DNA from: a virus
Strand: one strand, 5' to 3'
UHGV virus genome: UHGV-0039337
Length of the DNA stretch: 64,000 nucleotides
The position numbers were made by a program, and so were the translations under genes. Positions 10,510-20,324 of the stretch are shown piece after piece (the first letter of the stretch is position 1; every line of letters starts with the position of its first letter). Below the pieces are notes generated by a model. That model saw only the letters and a program-made list of their open reading frames with translations, had not been told where the DNA came from and searched no databases.

Positions 10510-11380
10510 AATAATTCATTATATAATCTATAGCAAATACTATTTTACAATCTTTACATGGTGTTTTACCGTCGATAAGACCTCTGTTATAATCTTTATA
10601 TTTACACTCTTCACGATCATGTTGTTTTAATTTACTAGGGCAATAATGATTTAGGCAATATCCTTCATATTCTTTTAATGCTTTTTCATATGTGTTTTTC
10701 ATTAATTCCTCCTTATGCTCATTTCTTTTTAACCAATTATTAAATTCACATTCTTTACAGAAATAATCAAAATCTTTATCTATTTCTTCTTCATGGTCTT
10801 CTACATATTCCATTGCATCTAATAATGCATCTTCGTCATCTAATAACCAATCTATAAATAATTCTTTTTCTATTACTATTATATCTGTATTTGTATCTGA
10901 TTTACTTTTAAAATATTCTATTGTATCACTATACTCTGCTGAATAACGACACATTATATCACCAGGTTGATCATTATCTACTATTGATATAGCACATTCT
11001 AGGACATTGTTATAGTGTTCTTCATCTGTTATAAATATATCTTTATATGTCTCATAAAAATGTCTAGTTATAAGTATAATATTTGGAACTAATAGAGTAT
11101 CTAATTCAAAATTTATAACTGCTTCTATTAATACAGCATAAGGATATGTTTCTTTGCTACGTTCTAAATATAAATTTGTATCACCTAAGTCTGCTTCTTT
11201 TATTTCTACGCCATCTATTTCATCTGCAAATTCATCTGATTTACTGAATTCTTCATAATGATATTCGTTTAATAGAATATTTTTAGGTTCTTCGTTCGTT
11301 AGTTTTTTCATTAAATCTATAGCACGTCTTATTATTTCAGTATAATATTCATCCATATAAATCATCTCCTTAATAGACAA
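10487..11380 (-). CDS. hypothetical protein with a Cys-rich C-terminus
   Basis: 297 aa; CKECE...CLNHYC...CKDCK. Confidence 0.5.
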   Translation of the reverse strand: MSIKEMIYMDEYYTEIIRRAIDLMKKLTNEEPKNILLNEYHYEEFSKSDEFADEIDGVEIKEADLGDTNLYLERSKETYPYAVLIEAVINFELDTLLVPNIILITRHFYETYKDIFITDEEHYNNVLECAISIVDNDQPGDIMCRYSAEYSDTIEYFKSKSDTNTDIIVIEKELFIDWLLDDEDALLDAMEYVEDHEEEIDKDFDYFCKECEFNNWLKRNEHKEELMKNTYEKALKEYEGYCLNHYCPSKLKQHDREECKYKDYNRGLIDGKTPCKDCKIVFAIDYIMNYYAKFKEE

Positions 11381-11399
11381 AATAATAGAGTAAGTATTT

Positions 11400-11594
11400 C
11401 TACTTACTCTCTATTAAAGCATATAGTTTTTTATAATCAGCTTGCAAATCTTCTGCTTTTAAATAATCAAAACCATATCTTACAGAACCTATATTAAGTA
11501 TAAGTTTATTATTATTTAGGTCTATTGCTGATGGATTAATTAATGGAATTTTATCTGTATTAATTGCTGTACCATTAACATCGTTTAGTTTCAT
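11400..11594 (-). CDS. hypothetical protein (64 aa)
   Basis: ORF. Confidence 0.35.
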   Translation of the reverse strand: MKLNDVNGTAINTDKIPLINPSAIDLNNNKLILNIGSVRYGFDYLKAEDLQADYKKLYALIESK

Positions 11595-11666
11595 TATGGT
11601 ATCCTCCTTATATATTATTTTATTCAGTTATAATAACTTCATCTTCTTTCAAGCATTGATCTGTTT

Positions 11667-12161
<495 letters not shown>

Positions 12162-12164
12162 CTT

Positions 12165-12722
12165 TTAGAATAAGTCTACATCAAAGTCATTGTCTTTATC
12201 GTTATTATCAATAACATCATCTTCTAACATATTACTTATATCTATTTCGTATAATTCTTTCATAGATTCTTTAAATATTTCTATAGTAGATTCTACAAAA
12301 TTTATTCCACTAGCTTTACTTAATTCTTTAACTAAATTAACGTCATTGTCGTCACTAGTTTCTATTTCTTCTAATACTTTTTTAAATTCACATACAATGG
12401 AATATACTGCTTCTTCTTTTGTTTCATTATTTAAAAATATGTTATCTTCATTTTTTTCCATCATAAGATCTAATGTTTCATTTATCTTTTCGTCTTTTGA
12501 TACATTTTCTATAATATCTACCATTTCAATATAAGCTTCTTCTGTTGATCCTGGCATTGCTGCAGCAAATAAACCAACTTCTCCAGATACAGCTTCTAAT
12601 AATTCATCTAAACGATTTATATTTTCTATTGTACTTTCTCCTTCATTTTCTTTATTATTAGGCGTTGCTATAAAAGAAAATAAGTCTATATCAGCTTCAT
12701 ATATAATATTAATCATAATCAT
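12165..12722 (-). CDS. highly acidic hypothetical protein
   Basis: 185 aa, about 30% D/E. Confidence 0.5.
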   Translation of the reverse strand: MIMINIIYEADIDLFSFIATPNNKENEGESTIENINRLDELLEAVSGEVGLFAAAMPGSTEEAYIEMVDIIENVSKDEKINETLDLMMEKNEDNIFLNNETKEEAVYSIVCEFKKVLEEIETSDDNDVNLVKELSKASGINFVESTIEIFKESMKELYEIDISNMLEDDVIDNNDKDNDFDVDLF

Positions 12723-12732
12723 TTCTCCTTTC

Positions 12733-13002
12733 TTATAACAAAGTATCTTCCTCTTCTTCTCTTAATCTTGCAATAGAGCTGTCCATGATTTCTTCATTCT
12801 TTAATGCATTTATAAACGTTTTAGTTAATTCCTCGTATGACACTTCAAATTTTTTTGACATAGCCTTTAAAGATAACAGTGTAGTTATAATGAAATCTTG
12901 TGGATTATAAGCTTGTATTTCTATTTTTGAATATTCTGTTCCTTTTTCTGATGGTTCAACATTAATTTTCACATATCTTCTATCTGCTTTTTCCTTTTCC
13001 AT
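12733..13002 (-). CDS. hypothetical protein (89 aa)
   Basis: ORF. Confidence 0.4.
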   Translation of the reverse strand: MEKEKADRRYVKINVEPSEKGTEYSKIEIQAYNPQDFIITTLLSLKAMSKKFEVSYEELTKTFINALKNEEIMDSSIARLREEEEDTLL

Positions 13003-13015
13003 AATATTATCTCCT

Positions 13016-13264
13016 TTACATTCTATCTAATACTCTTATTAAAGTATCTCTTTGTTCACATACTTTGTCATATTCTTTTAATAATAAGTCATATCTATCT
13101 CTTATTGATTCTAACGCTTCACATTGTTGTCTCAATTCATCTACTTCTCTCATAAGATCTGTTTTTTCTTGTGCATGCTCTTTTAGTAATAAATCATATT
13201 CATTAGCTGTTAAATCCTCTCTTTTTGATAATTTGTCATAAGCTTTTTGTAATTTATCTTCCAT
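13016..13264 (-). CDS. coiled-coil protein (82 aa)
   Basis: Heptad-rich E/K/L sequence. Confidence 0.4.
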   Translation of the reverse strand: MEDKLQKAYDKLSKREDLTANEYDLLLKEHAQEKTDLMREVDELRQQCEALESIRDRYDLLLKEYDKVCEQRDTLIRVLDRM

Positions 13265-13618
13265 TTATTCCAACTCCTTTAATAATTCAATATTTGCGTA
13301 TAATATAATTGGCGAAAAAGGCTTATTGCTTACAGCCATTATTTTTACTTCTTGACCATTATATTTATTTATAATAATTGAGTTTTTATCTGTGCTAATT
13401 ACAGTTCCAGAGAGTATTTTGTGTATACTTAACTCTAACGATGATACTAAATACGTAGTATATTTACTGTTTATAGTATTGATTTTCTTTTTTAATAAAC
13501 TTTCTTTATTTCCTATAACATCTATTGAATCTAACGTATTAAATAGACTGTTAATTGATATAGGTATGTTATTTTCGCAATAATCTTTTATAAGATTCAT
13601 AAAATCATCATATGTCAT
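13265..13618 (-). CDS. member of the PINLxSL N-terminal-motif paralog family
   Basis: N-terminus LIKDYCENNIPISINSLFNTL shared with five other genes in the window. Confidence 0.5.
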   Translation of the reverse strand: MTYDDFMNLIKDYCENNIPISINSLFNTLDSIDVIGNKESLLKKKINTINSKYTTYLVSSLELSIHKILSGTVISTDKNSIIINKYNGQEVKIMAVSNKPFSPIILYANIELLKELE

Positions 13619-13634
13619 ATATTAACTCTCCTTT

Positions 13635-13874
13635 CTAAATTAAGTGATACAATAGTACTAATGCTATTAATAATATTATCAGTACTATTGTTACTGATAT
13701 ATACTCGACTGTATATTCATCATCAATGAAATGTCTTAATATTTCCATTAATCCATAACAAATAACTAATCCTAATATCACGCCTATGAAAATCCCTACT
13801 ATAGAAAGTAATACTTCTATAAACATGTAAAACATTCCTCCTTTAAAAATATTATAAAGTATGCTTACTGGCAT
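13635..13874 (-). CDS. small membrane protein (79 aa)
   Basis: Two TM helices. Confidence 0.4.
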   Translation of the reverse strand: MPVSILYNIFKGGMFYMFIEVLLSIVGIFIGVILGLVICYGLMEILRHFIDDEYTVEYISVTIVLIILLIALVLLYHLI

Positions 13875-14445
13875 AATAGTGTTATCTTTTTTTATAACTT
13901 ATATATAATATACATGAATAAATAAATAAGATTAGAAGTTAAGTAGTGGTTAGGTAAGTACACATTGCGTGTGTGTGGTCACTATAAAATATAACCAAGG
14001 GTCATGACCTTCAAATCCATGTAATTTAAATCTTAATTTCAAACTAGAGAAGCCGATACTCTAGTATAAATAAGATACGATAGGTGAACTGTAGCCAATG
14101 CTAAAAAATACAGTGGAAGTAATAATATATATGCCATAGCTACAGACATATATTACTTACCTCAACTGGGAGAGCTTGAGCAAGCTTAACCCTGATACGT
14201 TGTATCAAAAAACAAAAAATGCAAGGATGGATTGCCTGGTAGTTTGTTAACTACGCCTAGTGAAAAGTATTATGTTTGAATGTGTGGGCAGGATGCACAT
14301 GAGTAATACTAGTAGCCACAATTGATGGAACCTATACTGGATTCAAATTGTTTCTCTATATTTAATAGGGATATTATAGGCCTGTTTTAAGGCCTAACTA
14401 TGTCTAAAACATAGCACTTTTACCCTACCTGGGCTTTAACTTTGT

Positions 14446-14838
14446 TTAATTCGTATAGCTTACAACAACTGCTAATAGTGGCTTTGTTGGATAATATGGT
14501 GTAAAGTCATCAGGAAGCTCTTCTTCTAGCTTACTGTTAAACTCTGTTAGAAATGTTTCTCCTCCAAGTATTTTACTTAATCCTCGGATTAATACGTATT
14601 TCTCATCATAGAAGCAGAAGTATAGATAATAACTGTAGTATACTGAATCTTTTCTCAATAGAACTAACTTAAAGCATGGATAACTCATAAATCTTAACTC
14701 TGATATAGTATTTTTAACTTCTATATCATGAGCCGATAAAATATTAAGCAATTTATCTAGCTCTATCAATATTTCCTTATTATATATAGTTGATAGTATA
14801 TTATTTAGTTCTTTATTTATTTCGTTATTCTTTTTCAT
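14446..14838 (-). CDS. hypothetical protein, tandem paralog A
   Basis: Alignable end to end with 14867..15250 (YPCF(K/R)L(V/I)LxRK(D/N)SVYYSY(Y/F)LYFCFY). Confidence 0.5.
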   Translation of the reverse strand: MKKNNEINKELNNILSTIYNKEILIELDKLLNILSAHDIEVKNTISELRFMSYPCFKLVLLRKDSVYYSYYLYFCFYDEKYVLIRGLSKILGGETFLTEFNSKLEEELPDDFTPYYPTKPLLAVVVSYTN

Positions 14839-14866
14839 ATTTCCTCCTTATATTATTCTAGACTTA

Positions 14867-15250
14867 TTAATGATAATCTCTTGGACAGTATGGTGTAAAA
14901 TCATTAGGAGGATCTTCTTCTAATCTATTATTAAATTCTGTTAAAAATACTTCTCCTCCACTTATTCCTTCTAGTCCTTGGATTAATATACATTTTTCAT
15001 TATAAAAGCAGAAGTATAAAAAATAGCTATAGTATACTGAATTTTTTCTTGATAAAATTAATCTAAAACATGGATACTTTACACATTGATGATACTTTGT
15101 AATTTTTGCTTCTAATATGTCTTCTTCAATAGTTACATTGTGACTCGATAAAATCTTTACTAGCTCATTTAGTTCTATTAATATTTTTTTATGATATATG
15201 GTTAATAATATATTATCTAATTCTTTATTCATTTCAATACTCTTTTTCAT
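14867..15250 (-). CDS. hypothetical protein, tandem paralog B
   Basis: See 14446..14838. Confidence 0.5.
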   Translation of the reverse strand: MKKSIEMNKELDNILLTIYHKKILIELNELVKILSSHNVTIEEDILEAKITKYHQCVKYPCFRLILSRKNSVYYSYFLYFCFYNEKCILIQGLEGISGGEVFLTEFNNRLEEDPPNDFTPYCPRDYH

Positions 15251-15252
15251 TT

Positions 15253-15843
15253 TTACTCCTCGTATTGTTCTAATAGTTTATCGTTCTTTTTTATTGCGTT
15301 TTCGTAATGTTCTTTAAAGTCATGTAACTGTGTTTTTAGTAAACTGTTAGGATGTATGAATTTATTATTATCATCATTAAATAGATTCATTTCAGCCACA
15401 AGTGAATTGTTATAAGTAAAAGTAAGTATGATTATATCGTCGTTAATATTTATATTGTATGGATCCATATAACATAGCTCATATTCATTGTATGAACTTA
15501 CTTTTAAGTATTCTTCTTTTGAATATTGCATTTCTAATTTAAACCAATCATTGTAGGTATTGTCGTATACATCGAAAGTTATACAGTTATAATTAAAAAA
15601 TGTTGGACTTATAGATGCATCATAAGTGGTTGTATAAAGACAAGATCCAAAAAATAAACTGTAGTATTCAGTTTCTATTTTTGCATACATATCATTTAAA
15701 GAGTCACGATCTCTATAATTTCTTATTCTTAAATTATGATCATAATAGATTGTATTTATTAGAGATTTTAGATTAATAGGAATGCTATATTTACACATTT
15801 CATATAATGTTTTAACTATTTCATGCATTATTAAACCCTCCAA
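15253..15843 (-). CDS. PINLKSL-family protein
   Basis: N-terminal CKYSIPINLKSLINTI. Confidence 0.5.
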   Translation of the reverse strand: MEGLIMHEIVKTLYEMCKYSIPINLKSLINTIYYDHNLRIRNYRDRDSLNDMYAKIETEYYSLFFGSCLYTTTYDASISPTFFNYNCITFDVYDNTYNDWFKLEMQYSKEEYLKVSSYNEYELCYMDPYNININDDIIILTFTYNNSLVAEMNLFNDDNNKFIHPNSLLKTQLHDFKEHYENAIKKNDKLLEQYEE

Positions 15844-16331
15844 GCAGAACTTTCAATATCTGTAAGTTTCTTTCTTTTAATGTATTTCCATTTTTCATCA
15901 CCTGGATATTGTGATATATCTATATTAGCTATATCGCCATAATCATGTACTTTATTCGTCTTAGTGATGCATAGTATATAAACTTCATCATTAATATTTA
16001 CAGTACAATTATTCTTTACAGTATAGTCTATATCATCAAGAATATTTATACATACTAAGTCAGTACGCGTAAAGAATAAATAATATTTTATATTTTCCCA
16101 ACGTTCTTTTATTGTTATTATTGAAGTATTATTAGCATATATTTCTGTATCTGATTGCTCATCTATATAAAGATCTAGACTGCATGGCTCTTTATATTCT
16201 CTAGTATTTTTTGATGCTAATACATATTCTTTATCTTCATTTATAGTATTTAATAAACTCTTTAAATTAACGGGAGTATTATTATTACATAAATTGATTA
16301 GCTGTATTATTAAATCTTCTTTATAACTCAT
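15831..16331 (-). CDS. PINLKSL-family protein
   Basis: N-terminal LCNNNTPVNLKSLLNTI. Confidence 0.5.
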   Translation of the reverse strand: MSYKEDLIIQLINLCNNNTPVNLKSLLNTINEDKEYVLASKNTREYKEPCSLDLYIDEQSDTEIYANNTSIITIKERWENIKYYLFFTRTDLVCINILDDIDYTVKNNCTVNINDEVYILCITKTNKVHDYGDIANIDISQYPGDEKWKYIKRKKLTDIESSAWRV

Positions 16332-16863
16332 AGCTTATACTTCTTTCTGTTTCATTAATAGAGTTAATAGCTTGAATTATAGCATTAGCGATTGTTTCAG
16401 CCATTTCAATTATGAAATCTAATTGTACATTACTTAGAGATTCTATCGTTTCCATATAATCATTTTTTCCTATACTTACTATTCCTTTTATTGAATAGTC
16501 ACCTATACTTTCTAATTTTTTATTGACTCCAGATCCTGGTCTAATAGGTCCACTATTTATTCTGATGGTTCCTACTTCAAATAAACAACTTGTAGCGGCA
16601 TCTATTGCTAATATAGTAGAATCTTTATGCTTTCTTTTTATTTCAGGTATTTTTTCAGATATATTTAAACCATGTATAGGATTTTTAATAGTTCCATATA
16701 TTGTATTATTAAGATTACTCTTTTCTAATATTGAACCAACATTAGGGCCTAAACTATCTCCTATATATTTATCAGTTCCTATACATACTATTACTGTATT
16801 CTCGTCTAAGATGCTTTTAAGTTTATCAATCATTTTTGTATTCATACTATTTTCTCCTTTCAA
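16321..16863 (-). CDS. YyaC-like protein (GPR/hydrogenase-maturation peptidase-like fold, sporulation-associated family)
   Basis: VIVCIGTDKYIGDSLGPNVG matches the YyaC/Gpr family signature (VCIGTD..GD.LGP.VG). Confidence 0.55.
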   Translation of the reverse strand: MKGENSMNTKMIDKLKSILDENTVIVCIGTDKYIGDSLGPNVGSILEKSNLNNTIYGTIKNPIHGLNISEKIPEIKRKHKDSTILAIDAATSCLFEVGTIRINSGPIRPGSGVNKKLESIGDYSIKGIVSIGKNDYMETIESLSNVQLDFIIEMAETIANAIIQAINSINETERSISYEL

Positions 16864-17198
16864 AATAAAGATAGTTGTATTCGTTTACATACACATATAA
16901 AACCTAAATCGGTTGGTATAAATAAATATAAATATATTATTCTTGCTGATTTACGTACTTTTAATAATAAGTTCATATCTTCGTTTATTCTTTTGTCGTT
17001 TTTATATTTCTTTCCGAATGTTTTTATTACATAATTCTTATTTACTTTATAGACTTCTTTAACTTTATCTAATTTGATTATGTCATTCATTGTTTCTGCG
17101 TTGATGCATATTTCACTTTTATAACATGCATTTAACATTTTGATAACTTCTGTATTTTGCATATATCTCCTCCAAAACAATAGCGCCGTGTTTATCAT
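16860..17198 (-). CDS. hypothetical protein (112 aa)
   Basis: ORF. Confidence 0.4.
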   Translation of the reverse strand: MINTALLFWRRYMQNTEVIKMLNACYKSEICINAETMNDIIKLDKVKEVYKVNKNYVIKTFGKKYKNDKRINEDMNLLLKVRKSARIIYLYLFIPTDLGFICVCKRIQLSLF

Positions 17199-17206
17199 GG
17201 CGCTAT

Positions 17207-17683
17207 TTAATCTATATTATTATTGTATTTTATTATTCCATCCTTTGGTATATAGTAAATATATTTATCATCTTCAAAACAGAAAAACATATATCTTATT
17301 ATTTTGTTTTTATATCTATATATATGTCTTTCAACTTTTGGTTTATCTTTTATATTATTAGATACAAATATATTTTTAGTTAATTGTATTGACATATTTT
17401 TTCTGTCTTTTGTATTATATTTATAATATAAATGATCACCTTCAAAATTTTCTTTTATATATTTTTCATTTTTATATGGAACTAATTTTTCTGATTCAAT
17501 TAGTGCTGTTTCTGTGCTACATACTGTACAAGTTATTAAACTTATAACAACAGTTAAAAGTATTGTAGAAAATACAGATAAAACAAGTTGTAATATAAAA
17601 ATTTCTATTTCTGAAAATGATGATCTTAGCCATTTAAAATATATAATGTTAAATAATACAAACAGTATACATGTTATTATCAT
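17207..17683 (-). CDS. N-terminally membrane-anchored protein (158 aa)
   Basis: Two N-terminal TM helices. Confidence 0.45.
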   Translation of the reverse strand: MIITCILFVLFNIIYFKWLRSSFSEIEIFILQLVLSVFSTILLTVVISLITCTVCSTETALIESEKLVPYKNEKYIKENFEGDHLYYKYNTKDRKNMSIQLTKNIFVSNNIKDKPKVERHIYRYKNKIIRYMFFCFEDDKYIYYIPKDGIIKYNNNID

Positions 17684-17701
17684 ATATTTATTTCTCTCCT
17701 A

Positions 17702-17899
17702 TTATTTTAATAAATAAGTTTCTATTTCTACTATCATAAATGGTTTACTCTCATGTCTATATACAAGAGGTTCTTCTCTGATAGTATATCCTAATTCATG
17801 TACTTTTTTATATGCATCTTCTACATTACTATACATAACTTTACTTACGTCTGGGCCTATAGCGTAATCATAATAAATCAATCCATAGATTCTTTTCAT
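17702..17899 (-). CDS. hypothetical protein (65 aa)
   Basis: ORF. Confidence 0.35.
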   Translation of the reverse strand: MKRIYGLIYYDYAIGPDVSKVMYSNVEDAYKKVHELGYTIREEPLVYRHESKPFMIVEIETYLLK

Positions 17900-17918
17900 A
17901 AAATCAACCTTTCTTTGT

Positions 17919-18155
17919 TTATAATGTTTCTAATATATTGCTTTCTTTTACATTATATACGTCATATTTCCCTTCAAGTAAATACCAGTTTTCTATTTTT
18001 CCGCATACTAATAAAGGTGTACTATTTGTTATAGTACCTTCTACTTCTTTCCATACAGATTTAATGTGCTTAATGCTAGGATCGTATACTCTTACTTCAG
18101 CATTAGATTTTACTCTTTCTCCTATTTTATATTTAAACATTTTTTGATATAACAT
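17919..18155 (-). CDS. hypothetical protein (78 aa)
   Basis: ORF. Confidence 0.4.
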   Translation of the reverse strand: MLYQKMFKYKIGERVKSNAEVRVYDPSIKHIKSVWKEVEGTITNSTPLLVCGKIENWYLLEGKYDVYNVKESNILETL

Positions 18156-18280
18156 AATATCAACTCCTTTATTTATTTTTTCTTATCCATTCATCGTTTT
18201 CAACTGTTTTAACAGTTAACCATAACATTATACATATTACAATAATTCCTATTAACATTTTAAACATATTAATCACTCCT

Positions 18281-18523
18281 TTATTTAATTACGCATGATA
18301 ATATATAGCTTATTGTTATTAATATAGTTATAAAAATAATTTTATTAAATATTTGTATAGTAAACGAATGTTTGTGCTTAAAGTTTCTGATTTTATTTTT
18401 TTTCTTATATTTCTTTATTTTACTTAAGTTATTGTAGTATCTTTTATGACATATCTCAGCTTGTTTATTTATTTTTAAATATAGAATTTTATTATCACAT
18501 TTCATAAAATTACTCCTTCGCAT
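18281..18523 (-). CDS. hypothetical basic protein with a C-terminal TM (80 aa)
   Basis: ORF. Confidence 0.3.
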   Translation of the reverse strand: MRRSNFMKCDNKILYLKINKQAEICHKRYYNNLSKIKKYKKKNKIRNFKHKHSFTIQIFNKIIFITILITISYILSCVIK

Positions 18524-18879
18524 GGATAAAATAATTTTTCATACAATTCTTTTAACTTTTGTGTTCCAATATTTAAGTTGTCATCTTTTTCTAATGCGTA
18601 TAGTTTGTAATTAATTATTAATTGTTCTATTATTTCATTTAATACTTTATTTGTATCTACGACTGCATATTGCACATTCAATTTATTATTTTCCATTACA
18701 AACATAGTATCTTCGTAATTTCCTATTTCAATTTCAATACTAAATTCTTTATTTACTTGCAATTCTAAATTTTTATCTACATTTTTATTTGATATAACAT
18801 CTCCTTTATTAAAAGTAATCAGCATTCTTATCCCTTCTTTCTTTATTACGTACGACAGCCTGTATACATTGAAACACAA
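18502..18879 (-). CDS. hypothetical protein (125 aa)
   Basis: ORF. Confidence 0.4.
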   Translation of the reverse strand: MCFNVYRLSYVIKKEGIRMLITFNKGDVISNKNVDKNLELQVNKEFSIEIEIGNYEDTMFVMENNKLNVQYAVVDTNKVLNEIIEQLIINYKLYALEKDDNLNIGTQKLKELYEKLFYPCEGVIL

Positions 18880-18915
18880 CGATACAGGCTTATCTTTAGT
18901 ACGTTTTATATAATG

Positions 18916-19143
18916 TTATTTTTCTAGTCTTGTTATATAGTCAAATAATGCTTCGATAAGAACATCACTTATTCTTATACGTCTTTGTTTTCCTTTAATG
19001 GTAATGCGTATACTATTTCCGTTGTTATTAGTAAGTATTTTGTGTTTATAACCTGAATAGACATTTCCATCAATGTTGATATAATATTCTGTACCAGGAT
19101 ATTTAAAATATTCCATATTACCTATAAGTATTTTTCTATCCAT
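18916..19143 (-). CDS. hypothetical protein (75 aa)
   Basis: ORF. Confidence 0.4.
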   Translation of the reverse strand: MDRKILIGNMEYFKYPGTEYYINIDGNVYSGYKHKILTNNNGNSIRITIKGKQRRIRISDVLIEALFDYITRLEK

Positions 19144-19301
19144 ATACTATTACACCCCTGATGTAATAGTAGCACTGTTTAATAGATTTTTGTAGATTAT
19201 TTATTATTTTCTAAATAATTCTGCTACAGATGCAGCAAATAGAAAAATAGCAACAACAAGTAAAACAGTTATTAATATAGTTCCTAAAACTTGTGCTAGT
19301 A

Positions 19302-19472
19302 TCATTCATCTATCATCTTCTTTTTTATTAATTTTTCTAAGTCGTCAACTATTTGTGAATAAGCTATCCATTTTCCGTATTCCGTTTCAGTTTGAAGTTC
19401 TCTAAATCTTTTTTTTGTTTCATGCAAGTTCTCTCTATATATATCTAGTAGTCTTTTTAAATCTTCCTTCAT
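19302..19472 (-). CDS. small protein (56 aa), below the ORF-track threshold
   Basis: ATG..TGA ORF (MKEDLKRLLDIYREN...) filling an otherwise empty gap; the downstream 33-aa TM peptide ORF overlaps it in an ATGA arrangement. Confidence 0.35.
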   Translation of the reverse strand: MKEDLKRLLDIYRENLHETKKRFRELQTETEYGKWIAYSQIVDDLEKLIKKKMIDE

Positions 19473-19738
19473 ACTTTCTCCATTCCTATTTATATTTCTT
19501 CTTCAAATTCATTGCCACAATCATTACATTCAATATGAAAAACTGTCACTTCGTATTGTTCGCCTGTGTAATAATTAGTTACTAATGTTTTTTCTTTATT
19601 TACTATGATTAAGTTAGTGCTCCTACATTTTTCACATTCCATATTTACCTTTCACAAAATTAGTTATTGTATATATATTTTTATGCTTACAAAACAATCT
19701 TTTCATTAATCTTATTCGATCTTCCTATAATAAAAGAA

Positions 19739-19939
19739 TTATTTTATTGCATATTCTCCTAGTTTATTGCCACACATAGGGCAATAATTTATTTTTATCC
19801 CATATATGCTTTCTTTTTGTCCACCAACTCTATTTTCTTCTAAATAGTTACAACTATTAATTTTTATTGCATAATCACTATTATTTTTATACATTAATGG
19901 TTCTTTATCTATATATCTACCTTCGCAATATTTACACAT
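19739..19939 (-). CDS. zinc-ribbon protein (66 aa)
   Basis: CKYCEG...CPMCGN. Confidence 0.4.
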   Translation of the reverse strand: MCKYCEGRYIDKEPLMYKNNSDYAIKINSCNYLEENRVGGQKESIYGIKINYCPMCGNKLGEYAIK

Positions 19940-19971
19940 ATTTCCTCCAATAAAAGAATTATTTTATTTAA

Positions 19972-20190
19972 TTAAAGACTATCTATATAATCAAAACATT
20001 CTCTAGTTATATTTTCATACTCTACAAGTTCTTCTTTTTGTTCTTTTGTTAAAAGTTCTTTTTCTGCTATAAATTCATATTTCATTTTTTCAATCTCTTT
20101 TAATTTGCTTACAACAGATGTTAATTCATGAGTTGTACCTATTATAAGTTTTTTATATTCTCTAAATTTATTTTCTTTCATACATTCCAA
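19972..20190 (-). CDS. hypothetical protein (72 aa)
   Basis: ORF. Confidence 0.4.
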   Translation of the reverse strand: MECMKENKFREYKKLIIGTTHELTSVVSKLKEIEKMKYEFIAEKELLTKEQKEELVEYENITRECFDYIDSL

Positions 20191-20324
20191 CCTTTCTAAA
20201 TAAAAATTATATTTTAACTTTTAAATTATGTCTTTTTTCAAAAACATAATATGGCTCATACTTAAGCTGATATGTTGTTATTTTGGGTATACAACTTTAA
20301 GTGTGGAAAATAAAAGAGAGTGAA

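Noticed and set aside
13900-14445. tRNA genes in the GC-elevated non-coding regions (also 4283..4706)
   Set aside because: T-loop-like strings (CCTTCAAATCC, GGATTCAAATTG) lack flanking complementary T-stems and acceptor stems; no cloverleaf could be built by eye. Left as an unassigned ncRNA candidate.
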